From Rhodoferax sp. (GTDB lineage Bacteria > Pseudomonadota > Gammaproteobacteria > Burkholderiales > Burkholderiaceae_C): 64,000 nucleotides of DNA. Shown one piece after another: positions 10,901 to 20,275 of the stretch; the first letter of the stretch is position 1, and each line of letters opens with the position of its first letter. The translations under genes and the position numbers were made by a program. The stretch spans positions 2,750 to 66,749 of the forward strand of contig NZ_JAAFHA010000008.1 in the NCBI RefSeq assembly GCF_010365055.1, in the 5' to 3' direction. The notes below the pieces were generated by a model that was not told the origin of the DNA, ran no database searches, and was given only the letters and a program-made list of their open reading frames with translations.

Positions 10901-12895
10901 GCTGCGCGCGCGAATGGTCTTGCGCGCCTGGGCCGGCAGCTCTTGCCAGACCTCTTCGGCTGTCGCGTTCGACTGCAAGATAAAGGTGCCACCGGCGACC
11001 AGCCCCAGCAGCGGATTGGTGTGACTGAACACCTTGTGATCCGGGGCGATGACAACTTCCACATCCTCCAGTTCGGCGTTGGTGATCTTGACCGGCTCCG
11101 GGCTCAGGGTGATGTAGTAGTTGGTCGGTGCCCCGCTCTTCTCGGAGCCATACTTGGGCGCCGACTTGGAATGCATCTCCAGCACGCCGGCCAGGATATC
11201 GGTCAGCAGTTTGCCCGAGGCAATGGTGCCGTAGCCGCCGACCGAGTGAAAACGCACCCGAAAACCGGCATCGGGCAGCAGCTTCGGGTTGGCTTGCGTT
11301 TCAAGCGCCATCATCTCGGTTTCCGGGTACGCGAGCTTCAGGCGCGCCTGCAGTTCAGCCACACGCGGCGACGCGGTCGCCGAGAAGAACTGGGAGCCCA
11401 GGTAGATCAAGGGCGCCACCTTGCCGTCTTGCATGTTCTTGAAGGCCGCAATCAAATGGCGTGGCTGCAAATCATGGCCGCCCAGACCAAAGATCGCCGT
11501 GGTCAGTACGGGGCTGGCGCTGAGTGCCGGGATGCCGGGGTGACGCAACTGCGCGGCATTTTCGCGCGCCTTGAACAAGGCCTGCGTCACCAGGCCGGTG
11601 AGCGCGGTCTGATCCGAACGCTCCAATACGGTGACCGCCTTTTTGCCTTGCAGCGCAGCGACCAGCTCGCCTTCCGGGAAGGGCTGCAGCATTTTGATGG
11701 CGATCAGGCCCACCTTCTGGCCCAAGCCGCGCAGGTGGCTGACCACCGCCTCGACGTCGTCCGTGACCGAGCCCAGGCCCACCATCACGGTGTCGGCATC
11801 GTCACACATAAAGGTCTGCACCGGCGCGTACTGGCGCCCGGTCAATGCGCTGTATTCGTCCATCGCCTGGCGCACGATGCCAGGCACCGCGTTGACAAAG
11901 TGGGTGCGGTGATCGACCGCACCGGCCTGAAAGTCTGCCTGGTTTTGCACGGCGCCGGTGAGCCCCGGGTTATTCACATCCACCAGCGCGGGCACCAACT
12001 GGCGCGTGCCTTTCTCAAAAGCGTTGACCCACTGGCGCTGCCATTGCCCGTGCAATTCTTCGGGCAGCCAGCTCAGCGTCCGGGCGACGAGTTGACACGC
12101 GTTGTCTTGTTCTACCTCGGCGGCGTTGGCACCCAGAAAACTGTTCAACTCTGACAGACTGGCCGGCGTCAAGTCCGCCTGACGGCGCGTCAGGTACTGC
12201 TGCAACTGGACCACCCGGCCTCTGGCACCGTAGAGCATTTCCTGCGCCAGCGTCGGCGCCTTGATGCGCCCGGCCGGGTCGCCCAGGTACTCGGCCAGCA
12301 GCTCGGGCTCGGGCATCAGCGCTTCACACAGCATGTGGCTGGTGGCAAAACCGTCCATGGCGTTGGCCACTGGAATCAGCGACAGCGAGGCCACGCGGTA
12401 AGAAATGGCCGCCAGGTCAGCCGCTTCCTGCGGGTTGGCACCAAACAAAATGGTGTAACCCGAGGACATCAACGCATAAACGTCGTCATGACCGGCCATG
12501 ACGTTGAGCGAATGTTTGGACACCACGCGCGCGGCGACCTGCAGCACAAAGCCACCGACCTTTTTGCCGACGGTGACGTAATGCGATTCCAGCGCGTACA
12601 AAATGCCCTGGCTCGACGAGGCGTTGGAAATGAACTGTCCACCCGTCAAGGCGGCCCCCAGCGCACCGCTTTGGGCCGAATGCTCGCCCTCCGGGCCGAA
12701 GAAAAACGGGTGTTTGCCCCAGACATTGATGCCGCCCTCCGCCCGGAATGCCTCGTAAATCTCGGCGATTTCGGTCGACGGGGTGATGGGGTAGCCGATG
12801 ACACCGCCGCAGACATGGTTCATGACGTAGGCGACCGCGCCGTTGCCGTGGATAACGTTGGGGATGCCGGGGTATTTAGCCTTGTTGGTATTCAT
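7907..12895 (-). CDS. Single-chain 2-oxoacid (pyruvate):ferredoxin oxidoreductase, NifJ-like, with C-terminal ferredoxin-like domain
   Basis: GYPITPS, EGEHSA, GGYGT, CTGCMECALVCP, CTGCLECVEVC, ACRGCGE, TGCSSVY, TPP motif GGDGATYDIG; C-terminal CTDCKTC...NC. Confidence 0.9.
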   Translation of the reverse strand: MNTNKAKYPGIPNVIHGNGAVAYVMNHVCGGVIGYPITPSTEIAEIYEAFRAEGGINVWGKHPFFFGPEGEHSAQSGALGAALTGGQFISNASSSQGILYALESHYVTVGKKVGGFVLQVAARVVSKHSLNVMAGHDDVYALMSSGYTILFGANPQEAADLAAISYRVASLSLIPVANAMDGFATSHMLCEALMPEPELLAEYLGDPAGRIKAPTLAQEMLYGARGRVVQLQQYLTRRQADLTPASLSELNSFLGANAAEVEQDNACQLVARTLSWLPEELHGQWQRQWVNAFEKGTRQLVPALVDVNNPGLTGAVQNQADFQAGAVDHRTHFVNAVPGIVRQAMDEYSALTGRQYAPVQTFMCDDADTVMVGLGSVTDDVEAVVSHLRGLGQKVGLIAIKMLQPFPEGELVAALQGKKAVTVLERSDQTALTGLVTQALFKARENAAQLRHPGIPALSASPVLTTAIFGLGGHDLQPRHLIAAFKNMQDGKVAPLIYLGSQFFSATASPRVAELQARLKLAYPETEMMALETQANPKLLPDAGFRVRFHSVGGYGTIASGKLLTDILAGVLEMHSKSAPKYGSEKSGAPTNYYITLSPEPVKITNAELEDVEVVIAPDHKVFSHTNPLLGLVAGGTFILQSNATAEEVWQELPAQARKTIRARSINFFIVDAFAVAKKHAPTPELATRMMGIAFIGAVAGHVSQVSNGAAPEVILEKVRQQIAKKFGGKGGAVTEGNMAVIREGIEATQKVDYALDAFARIDARPAPIAIHDASLSASMCQSAGSSSCAGMFDREYYDDMVLNPFREGAIGEAPVLPGTGLFMPAGSAGAKDKGLFRRSVPEFKADLCTGCMECALVCPDGAIPNSVHDIHELLLTGIGQLELPPAQHEVMRGHVYALTEGVREAYRQSKQARPFHELVAEAATSLETDNVTVLRNFTKLIDALALYPVARTRPFFDAMEKAKPGSGALYGVSVDPWKCTGCLECVEVCGPGALVTREQDAALLQTLQQRFDFLSKTPNTPARFVADAIKPGGEIKRLLLDRANYYSTTGGHGACRGCGEVTATRLVMATSHAIADKRQREHIHELESLIDGMKDKQATLADDAERQQRLGALISTLEKRLYLYESGPTGNGPAGTVVANSTGCSSVYASTFPFNAFKDPWVNSLFQDAQPLAKGIFEGIAAQTVGDVRALRLARLELADAYDASTHDLALRMLSWEQFSAAELGLMPTVITIGGDGATYDIGFGALSRILMSGTPLKVLVLNTGSYSNTGGQASTSSFVGQDSDLARFGSTATGKHESRKELGLIAAFHSNVFVCATSTALQGHFLKNTMECLSYTDGPAVLDVYTPCQGEQGIGDGASSERSRLAVESRMSPVFVHDPRRGSTLHDWFSLEGNPDPLQTWATTTLEYQDDEGQLKLMSMALTPAHFALGEVRFKKQFHKLGADDANAVPVEAYVELPKAERAGKTAFIWSTDAKQRLIKIAVAEAIVALVEERRKYWHLLQFLDGQHVAKMDESHRTGMAALQAQYLDSVTQRDSSLDSFARAMSELAAASKAPVGSARVIPIMALPASAGSAAASPAVGAAAEALVTYDIADQVKCTDCKTCYQDLPELFEKIRIVVDGESRDVGQLIAGAMERIKVTPELKSRIKRVAANCDAEIIL

Positions 12896-13324
12896 CTTGC
12901 TGTGTGTCTCATCTTGTGTCAGTTGATTTCAACGCCCAGGATGGATGATTCGCGCTTTGACAACACGCAAAACACACAGGCAGGCTCTACAAACTCAATC
13001 GGCGCGGCGCCAAGCCCGGTGCATCAGGAGCTCCAGACTGAAAACCGCTCACGGTGCGACCGGATATTTTCCGGCCCACCTACAGGCAAATGGCTTGGCA
13101 CTCGTCCAAAATCAGCAGACGAGTAATTGCGCCGCTCACCTGTCCGTGAGGCCTCAGTATATGAAATTCACTTCCAAAGAACAGGTAAATCAAATTAGTT
13201 TTACGCACAGATCAAAGTTCTGATAAGTAAATATTTTTTCTGAGCGGCCAAGTGGTAAGAAGTTCCGTCATCAGGAAATCAAGCAATAGCTACCAAGGCT
13301 GAAACTGGATTGTTCAGCGGATCT

Positions 13325-14254
13325 TTACGCGGATGCCGGTCGCCCGCTACGACTGAAAACAAATATCCCCGCCACCACGAGCACCGTGCCCGCCGCCACC
13401 CAGGCGGTGAAGGGCTCGCCCAGAATCACGACGCCCATCAAAATGGTGGACATCGGGCCGACCATGCCAGCCTGCGCCGCCAGACTGGCACCGATGCGCT
13501 CAATCGCCATCATCACCATCAGCACCGGCGCGGCCGTGCACAGCGTGGCGTTGAGGATGGAGAGCCAGATCACCTCGGGCGCCACCAGCGCGGCGCTCCA
13601 GGGCCGCAGCAGCACAAACTGGCCAATGCACAGCAAGCAGGCCACGGTGGTGGCCAGCCCGACCAGGCGCAAGGAGCCCAGCCGCTGGACCAACTCACCG
13701 CTGAATGTCATGTAAAGCGCATAGCTGACCGCACTGAGAAAAACCAGCAAAGCGCCCAGCGCCGCATCACGGCCCTGAAACTGGATCTCGTGGCCGAACA
13801 CCAGCAACACCCCGCAATAACTGATCAGCATGCCCCAGCCCTGCGCACGCTGGATATGGCGCTGGTACAGCACCAGTCCAAGCAGCAGCACCAGCGTCGG
13901 GTTCAGGTACAAGATCAGGCGCTCCAGCGAGGCGCTGATATAGGCCAGACCGGCAAAGTCGAGAAAACTGGCCAGGTAATAGCCGGTCACACCCAAGCCC
14001 AGAATGCCCCACCAGTCCTGGCCCGTCGGCGCCGGCTTGCCGCGACTGGCCCACCAGGCCATCAACGCAAAAATGGGCAGCGCAAACAGCATGCGGTACA
14101 TGATCAGCGTGACCGCGTCCACCCCATGGCGGTAAGCCAGCTTGACGATGATCGCCTTGCCGCTGAACGCCATCGCGCCCAGCACCGCCAGCAACAGTCC
14201 AAATGCTATTTTCTTAGGAGCTACATACTCAATTGATACGGGGGCTACAGCCAT
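13325..14254 (-). CDS. EamA/DMT family transporter
   Basis: About 10 hydrophobic helices in two repeats; ASLERLILYLNP. Confidence 0.88.
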   Translation of the reverse strand: MAVAPVSIEYVAPKKIAFGLLLAVLGAMAFSGKAIIVKLAYRHGVDAVTLIMYRMLFALPIFALMAWWASRGKPAPTGQDWWGILGLGVTGYYLASFLDFAGLAYISASLERLILYLNPTLVLLLGLVLYQRHIQRAQGWGMLISYCGVLLVFGHEIQFQGRDAALGALLVFLSAVSYALYMTFSGELVQRLGSLRLVGLATTVACLLCIGQFVLLRPWSAALVAPEVIWLSILNATLCTAAPVLMVMMAIERIGASLAAQAGMVGPMSTILMGVVILGEPFTAWVAAGTVLVVAGIFVFSRSGRPASA

Positions 14255-14257
14255 TAT
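14205..14257 (+). repeat. Dispersed 53-bp GCTA-N9-TAGC/GGGCT motif, copy over the EamA start
   Basis: GCTAT TTTCTTA GGAGCT N19 GGGCTAC AGCCA TTAT. Confidence 0.65.
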
Positions 14258-14296
14258 TTGTATATATTCGTGAGAACCGGGCTAAGCCAGTGCAGC

Positions 14297-15601
14297 TCAG
14301 TTCTTGAACACCTTGTAGTGCAAGCGGCGAAGCGACCACCAAACCCCCAGCGCCACCACCGGAATCGCCACCGCCGCCGTGCTTTCGCCGCTCCAGGGCC
14401 AGCCCAGCTGAGCCGCGCCCTTGGCCAGGTAACTCACCAGACCGACGATGTAATAGGTGATGGCCGCCACCGACAGCCCCTCCACCGTCGATTGCAATTG
14501 CAGTTGCAGGCCTTGCCGCTGGTTCATGGTCGCCAGCAAGGCCTGACTGCTTTGCTGCTGTTCAATCTCGACCCGCGTGCGCAGCAAGTTGCTGATGCGC
14601 GAGACCCGTTGCGACAACGCGTCCTGGCGTCGGGTGGCCCACTCGCAGGTGCTGCGCGCCGGGGTCAAACGCCGATCCATGAATTCACCGATGGTCTGCA
14701 TGCCGGGTAGCGCCGACTCGTTGATCTCTGCAATGCGTTTGTCCACCAGCTCAAAATAAGCGACGCTGGCCGAGAAGCGCGAATGCGTGGCGGCGTGCTG
14801 GCTCTCCACCTGCCCGGCCAGCTTGGTGAGGCGGTCCAGCAGCAGCGGCTCATCCTCGGGGCTGGCACTGCGAATGGCGCTGGCAAGCTCGGCCAGCTCA
14901 CGCTCGGCGCTGGCCAGGATGCTGGACGCCTCGCGCGCCGTGGGCAAGCCCAGCAAAGCCGCCATGCGGTAGGTTTCAATCTCCAGCAAGCGCTGCACCA
15001 AGCGGCCCAATCGGCGCGGCGACAGGTTGCCGGCCAGCAGCACCATGCGTGAAAAGCCATCGGCATGCATGGCAAAGTCGGTGTAGACCTCACCACCCCC
15101 ACCGGCCACGCTGGAGGCCAGCAAGGTATCTTCCTGCAGCACCTGCTTCACCAGCGCCGACGTGCCCGGCGTGTGGTTTGAAATCACCCACAGGTGCAAG
15201 CTGCACAAACACTGTCCGGGCAAGCCCGTCAGCCAGTCTTGCGGCACGGCGGCCAGCGCCTGCGCGGGCTCGATCTCGCCCAAACGGGCGGTGGGCAACG
15301 GGCACATGAAGGTCCAGCTGACAAACTCGGTGTGCAGCTCCCAGCGAATGTGGAACCGGCCCAGGTCCATCCGGAAGTGACTGGACTGCGCATCAGGCAG
15401 CGGCAGGTGGTGGTCGCGTAAGAGCGCTGACACATGCGCGCGACTGGCATCGCGCTGCGCCGCGTCGCACAGCATGACCACATGGGAGATCGCCAGGGGC
15501 GCCGCCAGCGCCTGCGGCGGGCGGGCGTGAACCTCGTTGTGCAGGGCCGCGCGTTGCGGGTGCTGGATCAAGCGCAATGGCAGATGGGTTTTGAGTGGCA
15601 T
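14297..15601 (-). CDS. DUF3422 family membrane-anchored protein
   Basis: HNEVHARP, RWELHTEF, GRLVQRLLEIETYR, QSTVEGLSVAAITYY, two C-terminal TM helices. Confidence 0.85.
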   Translation of the reverse strand: MPLKTHLPLRLIQHPQRAALHNEVHARPPQALAAPLAISHVVMLCDAAQRDASRAHVSALLRDHHLPLPDAQSSHFRMDLGRFHIRWELHTEFVSWTFMCPLPTARLGEIEPAQALAAVPQDWLTGLPGQCLCSLHLWVISNHTPGTSALVKQVLQEDTLLASSVAGGGGEVYTDFAMHADGFSRMVLLAGNLSPRRLGRLVQRLLEIETYRMAALLGLPTAREASSILASAERELAELASAIRSASPEDEPLLLDRLTKLAGQVESQHAATHSRFSASVAYFELVDKRIAEINESALPGMQTIGEFMDRRLTPARSTCEWATRRQDALSQRVSRISNLLRTRVEIEQQQSSQALLATMNQRQGLQLQLQSTVEGLSVAAITYYIVGLVSYLAKGAAQLGWPWSGESTAAVAIPVVALGVWWSLRRLHYKVFKN

Positions 15602-15625
15602 GGGACTTCCTTGCGGCAATTGAGT

Positions 15626-17137
15626 TCAGGTCTCGACGAACGCTTCTTCGCGCTTCTTTTTGATTGACGGCAGCAGCACCGTCAGCAACAACAGGGTTGC
15701 CAGCGCCAACAGGCCCGCCGACAGAGGGCGCGTCAGCAAAACGCTCCAGTCCCCGCGCGACAGCAACAGGGCACGGCGCAGGTATTCTTCCATCATCGGC
15801 CCCAGAATGAAGCCCAACAGCAGCGGCGCCGGCTCCATGCCGAGCTTGATGAACAGATAGCCGATGGCCCCAAACAGGCCCACCATCCAGATGTCCCAGG
15901 TGTTGTTGTTGGTGGAATAAACCCCGATCGCGCAAAACAGCACGATGGCCGGAAACAGCCAGCGGTACGGCACGCTCAGCAGCTTGATCCAGATGCCGAT
16001 CAGGGGCAGGTTCAACACAAGCAACATGGCATTGCCAATCCACATCGACGCAATCAGGCCCCAAAACAGCTCCGGGTTGCTGGTCATCACCTGCGGGCCG
16101 GGCTGGATGTTGTGGATGGTCATGGCGCCCACCATCAAGGCCATCACCGCGTTGGGTGGAATACCCAAGGTCAGCAAAGGAATGAAGGAGGTTTGCGAGG
16201 CCGCGTTGTTGGCCGACTCGGGCGCTGCCACGCCGCGGATATTGCCTTGGCCAAACGGCACCTCACCCGGCTGCAAGCTGGTTTTCTTCTCAATCGTGTA
16301 GGCGGCAAACGCCGCCATCACCGCACCACCGCCCGGCAAAATGCCCAACACCGAGCCCAGGGCGGTGCCGCGCAAGACCGCCGGCACCATGCGCTTGAAG
16401 TCCTGCCGGCTTGGCAGCAAGCCTTGCACCCGGGCAATGAATACGTCACGCTCGCTCTCATGTTTGCCCAGGTTGCTGATGATCTCGCCATAGCCAAACA
16501 GGCCCATGGCAATCACGATGAAACCGATGCCGTCGCTCAACTCTGGAATGTCAAAACTGAAACGCGCCACGCCCGAGTTGACATCGGTGCCGACCATGCC
16601 CAGCAGCAAACCCAGCAAAATCATGCCAAACGCCTTGAGCAGCGAGCCCGAGGCCAGCACGACGGCGCCAATCAGCCCCAGCACCATCAAGGAGAAATAT
16701 TCGGCCGCGCCAAACATGAAGGCGAGCTCGGTCAAGGGCACGGCAAAGGCGGCGAGCACCAACGTGCCAACACAGCCGGCAAAGAAAGAGCCCAGTCCCG
16801 CCGCAGCCAAGGCCGGGCCGGCGCGGCCCAGGCGCGCCATCTGGTAGCCGTCAATCACCGTGACCACCGACGACGCTTCACCCGGCAGATTGACCAGAAT
16901 GGCCGTGGTGGAGCCGCCATACTGGGCCCCGTAATAGATTCCTGCCAGCATAATCAGCGCCGACACCGGCGGTAGCCCGTAGGTGGCGGGCAACAGCATG
17001 GCGATGGTGGCCAGCGGCCCAATGCCGGGCAGCACACCAATCAAGGTGCCCAGCAGACAGCCGACAAAGGCATACATGAGGTTGATCGGTGTGAAGGCGA
17101 CACCGAAACCGAGCGACAGGTGGTTGACTAGCTCCAT
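15626..17137 (-). CDS. tctA: Tripartite tricarboxylate transporter permease TctA
   Basis: GTLIGVLPGIGP, YYGAQYGGSTTAIL, APESANNAA, LTLGIP. Confidence 0.93.
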   Translation of the reverse strand: MELVNHLSLGFGVAFTPINLMYAFVGCLLGTLIGVLPGIGPLATIAMLLPATYGLPPVSALIMLAGIYYGAQYGGSTTAILVNLPGEASSVVTVIDGYQMARLGRAGPALAAAGLGSFFAGCVGTLVLAAFAVPLTELAFMFGAAEYFSLMVLGLIGAVVLASGSLLKAFGMILLGLLLGMVGTDVNSGVARFSFDIPELSDGIGFIVIAMGLFGYGEIISNLGKHESERDVFIARVQGLLPSRQDFKRMVPAVLRGTALGSVLGILPGGGAVMAAFAAYTIEKKTSLQPGEVPFGQGNIRGVAAPESANNAASQTSFIPLLTLGIPPNAVMALMVGAMTIHNIQPGPQVMTSNPELFWGLIASMWIGNAMLLVLNLPLIGIWIKLLSVPYRWLFPAIVLFCAIGVYSTNNNTWDIWMVGLFGAIGYLFIKLGMEPAPLLLGFILGPMMEEYLRRALLLSRGDWSVLLTRPLSAGLLALATLLLLTVLLPSIKKKREEAFVET

Positions 17138-17628
17138 CACGATCCAACCGTCAACGCGGGCCACACCACAAACTGCAGTTTGAGCAGCAGCACAAAGGCC
17201 AGGTAGCTCAGCACAGCCAACACCGTGGCCAGCGCCGCGGCTTCTTTGGCCTTGAAGCGGTCACCCGCCAGACAGGCGATCAAAGTCAGCGCGTAAATGC
17301 CGACGATCAAGCCCAGCGCAGGCACCTTCAGGCGCGGCAAGCCGCCCAGCGCGACCCCGAACACCAGGTTGGCCGCGATGATGAACACCAGCGGCTTCCA
17401 GGCAATGAGGCCCACTTTTTCTCCATCTGCCGTTTCAATCACGAGAGCCTTGAAGGTCACAGCGGCGCCCAGCAGCGCCAGCAACACGCCCAGCAGCAAA
17501 GGAAAATAACCCGGCCCCATGCGGGCGCTATCTCCGACTGTGTAGTCGGTGGCACCCCAAGCGAACGCGACACCGGCGACCATGAACAGGATTCCGGAAA
17601 AAAAATCCTTTTGACTTTGAATCTTCAT
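17137..17628 (-). CDS. tctB: Tripartite tricarboxylate transporter TctB
   Basis: Four TM helices, RMGPGYFP; 1-nt overlap with tctA. Confidence 0.88.
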   Translation of the reverse strand: MKIQSQKDFFSGILFMVAGVAFAWGATDYTVGDSARMGPGYFPLLLGVLLALLGAAVTFKALVIETADGEKVGLIAWKPLVFIIAANLVFGVALGGLPRLKVPALGLIVGIYALTLIACLAGDRFKAKEAAALATVLAVLSYLAFVLLLKLQFVVWPALTVGS

Positions 17629-17663
17629 CAAGATTTGGCCTGCAATGTCCGCTCGGGCGCAGA

Positions 17664-19451
17664 TCAGGTCAACGATGGCGTGCTTGAGAGCACTTCTTCC
17701 AGCACCGTCAAACCTTCGGCCACACGCAAGGCGCCGGCCAGCCGCAGCGGGCGCATGCCATCAAGCACGGCCTGGCGCTTGAGCCCATCAGCGTTGGGCT
17801 CCCGGTTGACTTTTTCCTTGAAGGCCTCGCTGACGACCAACAACTCATACAGACCCATGCGACCCATGAAACCGGTCATGCGGCAATCGACACAGCCGAC
17901 CGGTTTGAATGGTTTGTAAGCGCCGTTGATCTGCCAGGGCTTGACCACCTCGGCCAGCGCCTCGCGCGTCGCCGCTGGGTCTGGCACCTTGCATTGCGGG
18001 CACAAGGTGCGCACCAGGCGCTGCGCCAGCACGCCCAGCAGCGTGGCGTTGATCAGGTAGGACGGCACGCCCAGCTCCATCAAGCGCGTCACCGCGGACG
18101 GCGCGTCGTTGGTGTGCAGGGTGGAGAACACCAAATGGCCGGTGAGCGCCGCCTGCACCGCCATCTCGGCCGTTTGGCTGTCGCGGATCTCCCCCACCAT
18201 GATGATGTCCGGGTCTTGCCGCATCAGGGCGCGCAGCCCCTCCGGAAAGCCAAAATCCAACTGCAGCTGCACCTGGGTCTGGTTGAACGACGGCTCGATC
18301 ATTTCGATCGGGTCTTCGACCGTGCTGACGTTCACCTCTTCGGTGGCAATTCTTTTTAGCGTGGAGTACAGCGTGGTGGTCTTGCCCGAGCCGGTCGGGC
18401 CGGTGACCAGAATGATGCCGTTCGGCCGCTTGACCAACGCCTCCCAGCGCTGCGCATCATGCGCGGAAAAACCCAGGGCATCGAGATCCTTGACGGTGGT
18501 GTCCGGGTCGAAGATCCGCATCACCATCTTCTCGCCAAAAGCGGTAGGCAGCGTCGAAATCCGCATCTCAATCTCATCGCCGCGCGGATTGCGAGTCTTG
18601 ATGCGACCGTCTTGCGGACGGCGGCGCTCCACCACATCCATGCGGCCCAGCAACTTGATGCGCGCCGTCATGGCAGTGAGCACGCCCATCGGCATCTGGT
18701 AGACCGGGTGCAACACACCGTCAATGCGAAAACGGATCACGCCCTGCTCGCGCCGCGGCTCCAGATGAATGTCGCTGGCGCGTTGGTCAAACGCGTACTG
18801 CCAGAGCCAGTCCACCACCTGCACCACACTTTGGTCATTGGCGTCGAGTTGCTTGTTGGTCTTGCCCAGTTCCACCAACTGCTCAAAACTGGCACCCCCG
18901 GCGTTGCCACCGGCCTTGTTGGCGGCACGCACCGACTTGGCAAGCGCAAAAAATTCTGCGGTGTAACGGTGAATATCCTGCGGACTGGCCACCACCCGGC
19001 GCACGCTGCGGCGCGACTGCCGCTCCACTTCAGCCACCCAATCCGTCATGAAAGGTTCGGCGGTGGCGACAACAACTTCCGTGGGCGTGACCTGCACCGG
19101 CAATATCTTGTGGCGCTCGGCATAGGCGGCGCTCATGGTGTCGGCCACTTTGCCCACATCCACCTTGAGCGGATCAATGCGCAAGTAGTCCAAGCCGGCC
19201 CGCCCGGACAGCCACTGGGTCAGCAGCTCGATGTCCAGCGGCTTGCCATCACTGACACGCCGCACCGACACGCTGGCCAGGCGCACCAGGGGGTGCTGCA
19301 CACTCTCGGCCTGGGCGCAGCGCGCGTTGATGCGCTGGGCTTCTTCGGTGCTGATGACGCCGTCGCTGTGCAGCCAGAGCACCAGATTGCGCCAATCCAG
19401 CGGGCCAGCATGGGCCGGGTTGCGGGTCCTGGAGGCTGCGGCGCTGTTCAT
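17664..19451 (-). CDS. GspE/PulE/PilB-family secretion ATPase (stand-alone)
   Basis: ASDIHLEP, RPQDGRI, GPTGSGKTTTLY, TVEDPIE, LMRQDPDIIMVGEIRD, STLHTN, CPQC and CVDC Zn motif. Confidence 0.9.
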   Translation of the reverse strand: MNSAAASRTRNPAHAGPLDWRNLVLWLHSDGVISTEEAQRINARCAQAESVQHPLVRLASVSVRRVSDGKPLDIELLTQWLSGRAGLDYLRIDPLKVDVGKVADTMSAAYAERHKILPVQVTPTEVVVATAEPFMTDWVAEVERQSRRSVRRVVASPQDIHRYTAEFFALAKSVRAANKAGGNAGGASFEQLVELGKTNKQLDANDQSVVQVVDWLWQYAFDQRASDIHLEPRREQGVIRFRIDGVLHPVYQMPMGVLTAMTARIKLLGRMDVVERRRPQDGRIKTRNPRGDEIEMRISTLPTAFGEKMVMRIFDPDTTVKDLDALGFSAHDAQRWEALVKRPNGIILVTGPTGSGKTTTLYSTLKRIATEEVNVSTVEDPIEMIEPSFNQTQVQLQLDFGFPEGLRALMRQDPDIIMVGEIRDSQTAEMAVQAALTGHLVFSTLHTNDAPSAVTRLMELGVPSYLINATLLGVLAQRLVRTLCPQCKVPDPAATREALAEVVKPWQINGAYKPFKPVGCVDCRMTGFMGRMGLYELLVVSEAFKEKVNREPNADGLKRQAVLDGMRPLRLAGALRVAEGLTVLEEVLSSTPSLT

Positions 19452-20203
19452 GACAGCAGCGGCTTGAACACGCGCACCCACTTGCTGGCGGGCAGGCCCC
19501 ACTTCGCTTCAATGATGTCAGCGCGCGCCATCAAGACCTCGCGCTTGGGGCGGCTTGGCGTACTCTGCGCCAGCACCACGGTATTGCCTTCGCGCGTGGG
19601 CTTGAAGGCCCAAACAGCTTCCTTGCCAAAAGCCGCCGATATTTTTTCGACACTGCGGGCAAAGCTGGAGGCACGGCCGAACAGGTTCACTGTCATGCAG
19701 CCTTCCGGTGTCAACATGCGCCGACAGTGGTTATAAAACGGCAGGCTGTCGAGCACCGGCGCCGCCGCCTCATGGTCATACAGATCGACCTGCAGTGCGT
19801 CCACCGTGCCCCACCATTTGGGGTTCTGCATTTCTTGCGCAGCATCCGCCAGCACCACCTGCAGGCGGGTGTTTTCAGCCGGCAGCTTGAACCAGCCCCG
19901 GCAGGCGACAAGCACCTGCGGGTTCAGCTCGATGGCGGTGGTTTTCATGCGCAGTTCTTTGTGGCAGAACTTGGTCAGTGAGCCCGCCCCAAGGCCCAAC
20001 TGCATCGCTTGTCGGTCTTTCACCGAATCGGGCTCCACAAACAACAGCCAGGCCATCATGCGCTGGATGTACTCATGCACCAGCGCGTTGGGCTGGTCCA
20101 GGTACATCGAGCCCTGAATCCATTCGGTGCCAAGATGCAGGTGACGGACCGGGCCGTCGTCAGAGAAATTTACTTCGGGGAGGGTGTGTGTGCGTTTTTT
20201 CAA
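19448..20203 (-). CDS. Spermidine synthase-like SAM-dependent transferase
   Basis: LGLGAGSLTK, AIELNPQV, QVDLYD. Start uncertain (TTG at 20203 chosen). Confidence 0.75.
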   Translation of the reverse strand: MKKRTHTLPEVNFSDDGPVRHLHLGTEWIQGSMYLDQPNALVHEYIQRMMAWLLFVEPDSVKDRQAMQLGLGAGSLTKFCHKELRMKTTAIELNPQVLVACRGWFKLPAENTRLQVVLADAAQEMQNPKWWGTVDALQVDLYDHEAAAPVLDSLPFYNHCRRMLTPEGCMTVNLFGRASSFARSVEKISAAFGKEAVWAFKPTREGNTVVLAQSTPSRPKREVLMARADIIEAKWGLPASKWVRVFKPLLS

Positions 20204-20275
20204 GATGGGGCGATTATCCCCAAACGCTGTGCCGAACCGCCGAGAGCGCCCGGCACCCGGCACCTGCACGGACGT

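Noticed and set aside
12900-13300. FNR box upstream of the PFOR operon
   Set aside because: Only isolated TTGAT half-sites, none with correct N4 palindromic spacing.
15626-17628. tctAB without tctC as a novel system
   Set aside because: Burkholderiales encode many dispersed TctC/Bug proteins, so the arrangement is ordinary.
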